Below, in pieces: positions 1 to 5,441 of a DNA stretch of 15,451 nt (position 1 is its first letter; every line of letters begins with the position of its first letter). The notes below the pieces were generated by a model. The model saw nothing but the letters and a program-made list of their open reading frames with translations. It was not told the DNA's origin and did no database searches. This stretch comes from a virus. The DNA lies in the IMG/VR virus record IMGVR_UViG_3300050505_000217. One strand, given 5' to 3'. A program made the translations under genes and the position numbers.

Positions 1-111
1 GTGGTCAACGTGACCCAGTACCTGCCCCGCGGGTGGCGTGGTGACGCCCTGGGCGACGCCCGCCGCCAGGCCCGTCGCGCCGGCGGCCTGTATCAACGGT
101 TCTCCCGATGA
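1..111 (+). CDS. 3' end of the tape measure gene (duplicate of 15325..15435; partial at the window edge)
   Basis: Frame 1 translates to VVNVTQYLPRGWRGDALGDARRQARRAGGLYQRFSR-stop. This is identical to the C-terminus of ORF 13948..15435. Confidence 0.9.
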   Translation: MVNVTQYLPRGWRGDALGDARRQARRAGGLYQRFSR

Positions 112-127
112 CCCGCACCGGCGACGT
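1..127. repeat. Terminal exact direct repeat, copy A (same as 15325..15451); circular-assembly overlap
   Basis: Read base by base, positions 1-127 are identical to 15325-15451. The identity is bounded exactly by the two window ends. Unique length is therefore 15,324 bp. Confidence 0.95.
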
Positions 128-1457
128 CGCCGCGCCGACGATCGCCCCCCACCCGATCGGCCCCGACGCCCCGATCGCCGGATGGCGGTGGCGGCCGTTG
201 ATCGGGCTCGAGCTGTTGCCCCAGGCCGCCTATGTGTGGGACGACACCGACGCCGACGTCACCTGGGACGACACGACCCCGGAGCGGGTGTGGGACGCCC
301 CGTTCACCACGCCGGGGGCGCTCGACGCGGTGTGCGACTGGATCGCCTGCGACATCGACCCGGGCGAACCCGACGAGCTGTACGTGTTCCCGCCGACCGT
401 CGCCACCGTCACGCTGGACAACCGGACCGGCAAGTACACCCCGTGGTCGGCGGACGGCCGTCTCGTCTACTGGGCGCCGGGCCGGCGGCTGTACGTGCTG
501 GCCCGCAACCCCGCCACCGCCGAACAACTGTGGTTGTTCTCCGGGCGGGTGGCGTCGTGGACGGTGAACGCGGATGACACGGTGACCGTCGTCGCCTACG
601 ACGGGCTGTCGTGGCTGGCCCAAGAGTTGGGCGGCGACCACACCTTCGGGACGCCGGGCGATTCGGTCGGTACCCGGATCAACGGGATCGTCTCGTCGGC
701 CGGCTACCCGGACCGGGTCGATCTCGACGCCGGCGGCGTCACGCTGTCGACCGTCACCGACGACCGGTCCCCGCTGGAGACGATCGAACGGGTCGCCCTG
801 TCCGACGGCGGCCTGTTCTACGGTGACGCCGACGGATCGGTCGACTATCGCAACCGCCTGTGGCGGGCCGGGCGCAGCGACCAGCCGACGTTGTTCACCG
901 TGTCCGACAACGTCTGTTCGGTGCCCGTCGTCGTGTGGTCGCCCGAGTTGGCCGCCGACGACGAACGTCTCGCCACCGACGTCCGCCTGGTCAACGACGC
1001 CGGGCTGGTCGCGGTGGCGACCGCGGCGGCGTCGGTGTGGCAGGGCGACGCCCGCTACCACCTGACCCACCCCGACCCGGACCTGTGGCAGTCCCAGGCC
1101 CAGGGCGACACGTTGGCCGCCTATCTGATCGCCCAACAGTCGACCCCGTCGATGGCGTTGCAACGCTTCGAGCTGTACGTGTTCGACCCGACCCAGCCCC
1201 AGGTGTGGGAGATGGCGGTACGCACCCGTCGCGGTGACCGGGTCAACGTGATTCACGACTATGTCGACCCCGACGGCACCACCGGACGCCTCGACCTGTT
1301 CGCGATCGTCCTGGGCGTCGCCCACAACCTGACCCCCGAGTCGTGGACGTCCACGATCCAGTTGTCGCGCACCGTCGACTACCGCGTCCCCGAGTTGTGG
1401 GATCTGACCCGGTTCGCCTGGGACGACGCCGACCCGGCCAACGTGTGGAGGTACTGA
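108..1457 (+). CDS. Minor tail protein (distal-tail/baseplate type)
   Basis: ATG 108 overlaps the tape measure stop (ATGA). The 449-aa ORF has strong third-position GC bias and lies directly after the tape measure. The sequence style (TLDNRTGKYTPW, GGLFYGDADGSVDYRNRLW) resembles actinophage minor tail proteins from memory. Not searched. Confidence 0.7.
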   Translation: MTRTGDVAAPTIAPHPIGPDAPIAGWRWRPLIGLELLPQAAYVWDDTDADVTWDDTTPERVWDAPFTTPGALDAVCDWIACDIDPGEPDELYVFPPTVATVTLDNRTGKYTPWSADGRLVYWAPGRRLYVLARNPATAEQLWLFSGRVASWTVNADDTVTVVAYDGLSWLAQELGGDHTFGTPGDSVGTRINGIVSSAGYPDRVDLDAGGVTLSTVTDDRSPLETIERVALSDGGLFYGDADGSVDYRNRLWRAGRSDQPTLFTVSDNVCSVPVVVWSPELAADDERLATDVRLVNDAGLVAVATAAASVWQGDARYHLTHPDPDLWQSQAQGDTLAAYLIAQQSTPSMALQRFELYVFDPTQPQVWEMAVRTRRGDRVNVIHDYVDPDGTTGRLDLFAIVLGVAHNLTPESWTSTIQLSRTVDYRVPELWDLTRFAWDDADPANVWRY

Positions 1458-1459
1458 CC

Positions 1460-2047
1460 ATGTCCGACAACCCCCCGGTTGCCACCGTCGACCCCGTCGT
1501 CGCCGACCGGTTGGCGGCGCTCGAGCAGTGGGTGTGGCAACAGCAGTCCCGTCAGGCCGACGTGCGCGCCAACCCGCCCGCCACGGTCGGCCCGTTCACC
1601 AACGTCCCGGCGCCGGGCTCGCCGATCCGGTCCGATTGGCCCCAGGCGACCGCCGGCTACCTGTCCGACAGCGCCCGTTTCCGCAACGGGACCGCGTCCG
1701 GCGGCACCGTCAACAACGGGACCGCGTTGGACATCGCCACGATCACGATTCCCGCCGCCATCTCGAGCCTGCGGGCCCAGGTGTGGGTCGTGCACTACAG
1801 CGTGCTGTTGACCGCGGCGGCCGCCGCCAAGGTCAACTTGAAGCTGTACGACCCGGCCGGCACGGCGATCTGGCTGGCCCAGTACGACGGGATCGCGTTG
1901 CGCACGGTGTCGTGGGCCAAGGCGGTGTCGGCGCCGGGCGCCTACCGGGTCAGTCTGGAGAACGTCACCGGCACGGCGGTGCCGGTGTCGACGTTCGCCG
2001 ACCCGGTCAACCACACCCTGTTCGCCGTCCAGGGCTGGACGGTGTGA
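1460..2047 (+). CDS. Putative tail fibre / receptor-binding minor tail protein
   Basis: ATG 1460 lies 8 nt after GGAGG (1447-1451) and 2 nt after the upstream stop. The 1343 start given in the ORF track would overlap the previous gene. The 195-aa product has a helical N-terminus (ADRLAALEQWVWQQQ) and a beta-rich C-terminus. Function is inferred from position only. Confidence 0.5.
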   Translation: MSDNPPVATVDPVVADRLAALEQWVWQQQSRQADVRANPPATVGPFTNVPAPGSPIRSDWPQATAGYLSDSARFRNGTASGGTVNNGTALDIATITIPAAISSLRAQVWVVHYSVLLTAAAAAKVNLKLYDPAGTAIWLAQYDGIALRTVSWAKAVSAPGAYRVSLENVTGTAVPVSTFADPVNHTLFAVQGWTV

Positions 2048-2049
2048 CC

Positions 2050-2217
2050 GTGTCGACGTTCGGGGACTGGGAGCCCGACGACGCCTGGGACGTCGAACCG
2101 GCCGACCCCGAACAGGTCGAGCGTCGCCGTGACCTGTTGCGCCGGCGCCGGTTCTCACCCGACCAGGTCGCCACGTTGATCGCCGATTGGTTGGCCCGCC
2201 AGGGGGCCGACCGGTGA
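2050..2217 (+). CDS. Hypothetical small protein (55 aa; acidic N-terminus, basic centre)
   Basis: GTG 2050 lies 2 nt after the upstream TGA, and its own stop overlaps the next start (GTGA at 2214). It fills an otherwise empty slot and has good GC3. The longer 1528 start in the track overlaps the previous gene and translates to Arg/Pro-rich sequence. Confidence 0.5.
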   Translation: MSTFGDWEPDDAWDVEPADPEQVERRRDLLRRRRFSPDQVATLIADWLARQGADR

Positions 2218-3074
2218 GCGGGATCTACTACACCGACCTGTTGGACGTGTTGACCGCGGCGGGTTGCACCGTCGCCGAGAGTGCGACGACCGACGGCTGG
2301 CAGTCCCGGGCCCGGTCGTCCGGCGGGTTCCCGTCGCCGCCGTTGGCGGTGTTCTGGCATCACACCGCGTCGGCCACGTCGCCCCCGAACGACCTGTCCT
2401 GGATGATCGACGGGTGCGACGACGCCCCGGTCGGGAACATGCTGATCGACCGTGACGGGGTGTGCTGGCCGATCGCCGCCGGCGCCTCGAACTGTGCCGG
2501 CAAGGGCGGCCCGGCCGCGTTCTCCCGTGGCACGATCCCCGCCGATTCGGGCAACACCCGTGGCTGGCAGATCGAGTGCGCCAACGACGGGGTGGGCGAG
2601 CCGTGGCCCCAGGCCCAGGTCGACGCGTGCTTCCGCGCGTCCAACGCGCTGAACGCCCGGTTCGGGAACGTGCCGACCGACGTGATCACCCACGCCCTCG
2701 GCGCCGGCGACGCCCCCGGCTGGACGTCGAGAAAGATCGACCCGGCCACCGCCGCCGCCGTCCAGGGGCCGTGGCGGCCGCGGTCGTGCTCGAGTTCGGG
2801 CACCTGGCACCTGGACGACATCCGCGCCGAGTGCGCCCGGCGCGCCGCGACCCCGACCCCGACTCCGGAGGACGACATGACCGACGAACAGGCCGCCCAA
2901 CTCAGTGAGCTGTATCAGGCGGTGTGCTCCCCGCAACCCGGGTTCACCGACCCGCAGGGCAAGACGATCAACGCGGCGTGGGCGGCGCTGTACGCCGAGG
3001 CGCTGATCGCCGGTGACGTCTACCGGATGCTGGTCGACATCCAGGCCCGGGTGACCCGGCTCGAGTCCGGCTAG
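2214..3074 (+). CDS. Endolysin, N-acetylmuramoyl-L-alanine amidase (Amidase_2/PGRP type) with a short C-terminal domain
   Basis: The motifs FWHHTAS, GWQIECANDG and ITHALG, together with the overall layout, fit zinc amidase endolysins. A Thr/Pro linker (ATPTPTPEDD) is followed by a ~65-aa C-terminal domain. I chose GTG 2214 as the start (GTGA coupling); TTG 2187 is the alternative. Confidence 0.8.
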   Translation: MSGIYYTDLLDVLTAAGCTVAESATTDGWQSRARSSGGFPSPPLAVFWHHTASATSPPNDLSWMIDGCDDAPVGNMLIDRDGVCWPIAAGASNCAGKGGPAAFSRGTIPADSGNTRGWQIECANDGVGEPWPQAQVDACFRASNALNARFGNVPTDVITHALGAGDAPGWTSRKIDPATAAAVQGPWRPRSCSSSGTWHLDDIRAECARRAATPTPTPEDDMTDEQAAQLSELYQAVCSPQPGFTDPQGKTINAAWAALYAEALIAGDVYRMLVDIQARVTRLESG

Positions 3075-3079
3075 GCGTC

Positions 3080-3274
3080 GTGGTCGGGGCGGTCGACTGG
3101 GCGAACGTCGATGTCGCCGGGGCGTTCGTGGTCGGGGCGATCCTCGCCACGGTCGCCGTGCTGCGGGTGGTCCGGGCGGTGTCGGTGATGTTCGCCGACG
3201 GTGACCGGCGTCGCGGCCATCGGCGCCGGTCACCGCCCGACGACCGTCCCGACGAGGAACAGACGAACGAATAG
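3080..3274 (+). CDS. Holin-like small membrane protein
   Basis: The 64-aa product has one hydrophobic helix (VAGAFVVGAILATVAVLRVV) followed by a highly charged Arg/Asp/Glu tail. It lies immediately after the endolysin and starts at GTG. Confidence 0.55.
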   Translation: MVGAVDWANVDVAGAFVVGAILATVAVLRVVRAVSVMFADGDRRRGHRRRSPPDDRPDEEQTNE

Positions 3275-3347
3275 GGTCGGCGGTGGCCGTGGGGCGACAT
3301 CCCTCGAACGGGGGTTGGACGGTGCACCAAGATGCGGGCCGACGGGT

Positions 3348-3407
3348 GTCACCGGCCCGGACCGTGGTCGGGAGGCGTGTCCCGACCGGACGGCCCGAGC
3401 CGGTGAC
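3348..3407. promoter_or_regulatory. 60-nt extended imperfect hairpin
   Basis: Paired by hand. 3366-3373 pairs with 3380-3387 (8 bp, 6-nt loop). After a 2-nt bulge (3388-3389), 3348-3365 pairs with 3390-3407 with two mismatches. About 24 bp in total. Confidence 0.5.
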
Positions 3408-3425
3408 CCAGTGCCCCGACCCGAC

Positions 3426-3460
3426 GTCACCGTGACCGTGACATGTGTCACCGTCGGTGA
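3426..3460. promoter_or_regulatory. Array of overlapping GTCAC/GTGAC palindromes (operator- or origin-like)
   Basis: Three palindromic units were found: GTCAC-C-GTGAC (3426-3436), GTGACA-TG-TGTCAC (3438-3451, extending to 9/10-matched arms at 3434-3455) and TCACC-GTC-GGTGA (3448-3460). There is also a tandem CGTGAC x2 (3431-3442). Further GTCAC/GTGAC copies occur at 3348, 3403 and 3515. Confidence 0.4.
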
Positions 3461-3798
3461 TCGCCGCGGGAGATGGGGCGACGCCCGTTGTACACCCCGC
3501 CCGGTCAACGCCGGGTCACGACCCCTTGAATGACAGATTTGTGATTCGCGTACCTGGTAGACGACCCGATCGTCTCGACGCCCCGCTGGCGGGGCGCCGG
3601 GAGACGCGCCCCGATAGGCGATCGGACCTGGCATCCGTCCCGTGCCGCGCGCGTCGCCCACCGACCCCGTCTGGACACACGTTCGACACCCCGCCTGTTT
3701 GGGAGCGCGCGTGTCCAGTACCTGGGGTTTCGGCCCTGTTCGGGATTATCTACCGAACGTAAGAATCATTATCGGCGCACTCGAGCCCGGACGCGACC

Positions 3799-3832
3799 GG
3801 GCCCGGTCCCCCGTTGGGGTGGGACCGGGCCC
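3799..3832 (+). terminator. Perfect 12-bp GC-rich stem-loop (candidate U-tract-less terminator or regulatory hairpin)
   Basis: GGGCCCGGTCCC (3799-3810) and GGGACCGGGCCC (3821-3832) are exact reverse complements with a 10-nt loop. No T-run follows. It lies between the end of the late genes (3274) and the first early gene (3974). Confidence 0.3.
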
Positions 3833-3973
3833 TAAGGTCTGGCGGCCGTTGCGAGACCTCACCCGCAGCGACCCGACACAATCCCGATCGCATCTCGGAG
3901 GTGTGCCAGTGCGGCACCGTACCACCCACCTGTCACACCGAAGCGGACACGCCGTGAAGTGTGAGGCGCCGAG

Positions 3974-4189
3974 ATGACCGGCACCGAGGCCGAGGCGTGG
4001 CGGGAGATGTACGACGCCCACGGCTGGATCGCCCGGGAAGTCGCCTGCGCCGTCGATGAGCTGCGCCCGATCGTGTTCGACGCCGTCGAACTGGCCGCCG
4101 TCCCCGCCGCCCTCGCCGACGTGCTGCGCCGGTTGGAAGCGGTCCACCGTGTCGCCGCCGCCGAACGCGAACGGTGGTACCGGTCGTGA
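3974..4189 (+). CDS. Hypothetical protein (71 aa, helical)
   Basis: ATG 3974 lies 7 nt after GAGG (3963-3966). GC3 bias is good. It is the first ORF after the long non-coding region. I recognise no motif. Confidence 0.6.
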   Translation: MTGTEAEAWREMYDAHGWIAREVACAVDELRPIVFDAVELAAVPAALADVLRRLEAVHRVAAAERERWYRS

Positions 4190-4713
4190 GCCGCCCGGCC
4201 GGCTTCCTCGACCCGCGCACCGTGCGCGCCTACCGTGCCGCCCACCGCGCCGCCACCACCCTCACCGAGTGCCGCGTGCTGGACGAGCTCGAACGGTGCG
4301 AACGTCGCCACGGCCGGGCCACCCCCAGCGTCGCCGGCACCGCCGCCCGCATCGGGCGCAGCCCCCGCACCGTGATCCGCGCGACCCGGGCGCTGGAAGC
4401 CGCCGGACGGCTGCGGGTGGTCCGCGACCGCCCCTACCGCGACCGTGCCGGATGCTGGCGCCGGGCCCGCACCAACCTGTACCGCGTCCTGTTGCCACCG
4501 CGAAACCCCTGGTCGCACCGAGGTGACATCGCCGACACGTCTATTGCCCCTTCGGGGGGCGATAGCGCGCCCGGGACGGCGCGCGCCGCTGTCGCGACCG
4601 GTCCGGCGCCGCCCCTGTTCGACCCGGACCACCCGCCCGGCCCTCTCGTCGGCCCCCCCGCCGACCTGCTCGCCGCCGTCCGCGCCGGTCGGTGCGCCGA
4701 GATCTACCGGTGA
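4186..4713 (+). CDS. Winged helix-turn-helix DNA-binding protein (possible replication or transcription regulator)
   Basis: GTG 4186 overlaps the upstream stop (GTGA). The segment CRVLDELERCERRHGRATPSVAGTAARIGRSPRTVIRATRALEAAGRLRVVRDR reads as a classic wHTH. The C-terminal half is Pro/Ala-rich. Confidence 0.6.
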   Translation: MSRPAGFLDPRTVRAYRAAHRAATTLTECRVLDELERCERRHGRATPSVAGTAARIGRSPRTVIRATRALEAAGRLRVVRDRPYRDRAGCWRRARTNLYRVLLPPRNPWSHRGDIADTSIAPSGGDSAPGTARAAVATGPAPPLFDPDHPPGPLVGPPADLLAAVRAGRCAEIYR

Positions 4714-4777
4714 GCGCCACACCGCTCCCCCTCGACTACGACCGCCGTGTCGTGGCGATGCTGTTGAGGCTCAGGAA

Positions 4778-4784
4778 GGGGGGG
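4778..4784 (+). other. G7 homopolymer / potential -1 slippery site (G_GGG_GGG)
   Basis: Seven consecutive G at 4778-4784. The best coding frame changes across this point (see findings). Confidence 0.6.
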
Positions 4785-4789
4785 CCGCC

Positions 4790-4972
4790 GTGTCCCGACG
4801 CGATCTCGTCCCCGCCGCTGTCGTCGTCGCCCTCGCCCTCACCGGCGTCCGGTCGGGAGACACCCGGGACCAACCAGACAGCCCCGACCGGACGCCGCAC
4901 CGTAACCCGGCGTGCGACTCGAGCGACGGACCACAGTTCAGGTGCTGGACCGACAAGGAGATGACCCGATGA
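4790..4972 (+). CDS. Small membrane/secreted protein (60 aa), possibly the 3' part of a frameshifted 4710..4972 gene
   Basis: GTG 4790 is preceded by AGGAAGGGGG. The N-terminal hydrophobic helix is VPAAVVVALALTG. By hand count GC3 is about 83%, against about 70% for the overlapping 4710 frame, and GC2 is much lower. Its stop overlaps the next start (ATGA at 4969). Confidence 0.5.
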   Translation: MSRRDLVPAAVVVALALTGVRSGDTRDQPDSPDRTPHRNPACDSSDGPQFRCWTDKEMTR

Positions 4973-5097
4973 GAGACGCCGACGAACCGGTGCCGTGTCC
5001 ACGCTGCGGCGAGCCGACCGACCGTGACGATCGGTACTGCCCGGCCTGCCGGGCCGAGTGGGCGTTGTGGTCCCAACGGATGCTGGCCGGGCCGTGA
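4969..5097 (+). CDS. Zinc-ribbon protein (42 aa; CPRC...CPAC)
   Basis: ATG 4969 lies 8 nt after AAGGAG (4955-4960) and overlaps the upstream stop. The product is MRDADEPVPCPRCGEPTDRDDRYCPACRAEW. Confidence 0.6.
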   Translation: MRDADEPVPCPRCGEPTDRDDRYCPACRAEWALWSQRMLAGP

Positions 5098-5152
5098 CCC
5101 CGACACGCTGGACAGATGACCGCGCGCGTACGTTCGACTAGCCTGGCCGGGC

Positions 5153-5431
5153 GTGGAACAGCTCACGCTCCCCCCGGAGCTGACCGCCGGCCTCGCCGCC
5201 CGCGCCCCCGCTCCCACCCTGTACGCGGTACGCGCCGAGATCCACACCCTGCGCGCCCAGGACTACGGATGGCGCACCATCGCCGCCCGGTTCAACGCCA
5301 CCGGCGTGCCGACACCGTCGGGACGGGGCCGGTGGTACGGGGCGTCGGTGATCCAAGTCGCCGACCCCAACGCCCACGCCGCCAAGATGCGCCGCTACCG
5401 GGCCCGCCAACGCGCCGCCCTGATCGCCTGA
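5153..5431 (+). CDS. Stand-alone HTH protein resembling the 'recombinase' domain of large serine recombinases (no catalytic domain)
   Basis: GWRTIAARFNATGVPTPSGRGRWYGASV matches the IA..LN..G.PTP.G..W....V signature of the recombinase/resolvase-HTH region. The product is only 92 aa. It starts at GTG with no clear SD, and GC3 is high. Confidence 0.55.
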   Translation: MEQLTLPPELTAGLAARAPAPTLYAVRAEIHTLRAQDYGWRTIAARFNATGVPTPSGRGRWYGASVIQVADPNAHAAKMRRYRARQRAALIA

Positions 5432-5441
5432 CCACGGGGCG

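Noticed and set aside
1-127. The terminal repeat as a biological direct terminal repeat, LTR or insertion-sequence end
   Set aside because: It is bounded exactly by the window ends and its length equals a common maximum assembler k-mer. It lies inside a coding region that becomes a single intact ORF on circularisation. A true DTR cannot be formally excluded without reads.
93-1325. Long antisense and off-frame ORFs across the window, for example 93..1325(-), 2007..3233(-), 5699..6691(-), 7706..9283(-), 9193..10464(-), 10350..12746(-) and 13275..14294(-)
   Set aside because: They are Arg/Gly/Pro/Asp-rich low-complexity translations lying opposite or out of frame with well-supported + strand genes. 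This is the usual artefact of stop-codon-poor, very high-GC DNA.
3526-3772. Sigma70-type promoters at TTGAAT(3526)-N19-TACCTG(3551), at TACCTG(3719), and at AAGAAT(3761)/CATTAT(3767)
   Set aside because: The spacers are wrong, or the -35 partners are poor (tgtttg, gttcgg, gattat). I could not assemble a convincing -35/-10 pair, so I report only the AT-rich patches.
3275-3973. A tRNA gene or a tRNA-derived attP core
   Set aside because: I scanned for T-arm-like GGTTCGAAT/GTTCGA contexts at 3305-3310 and 3681-3686. Neither is flanked by complementary 5-bp stems, no cloverleaf can be built, and there is no integrase to use an attP.
3230-3977. ORFs 3230..3661(-), 3201..3533(+), 3445..3762(+) and 3642..3977(+) inside the non-coding island
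   Set aside because: All are Arg/Pro/Gly-rich, lack SD-start pairs and cut across strong hairpins. The region is better treated as regulatory or structural DNA.
3909-3977. A 22-codon upstream ORF (GTG 3909 after GGAGG 3897-3901) whose TGA overlaps ATG 3974
   Set aside because: The geometry is attractive for a leader peptide. However, the peptide (VRHRTTHLSHRSGHAVKCEAPR) has no features I recognise, and such short frames arise easily by chance. There is not enough support to call it.
4710-4964. A straightforward 84-aa CDS in the 4710 frame
   Set aside because: Downstream of the G7 tract this frame becomes Ser/Pro/Thr/Arg low complexity with weaker GC3 and very high GC2. I kept it only as the upstream half of a possible frameshift (see findings).
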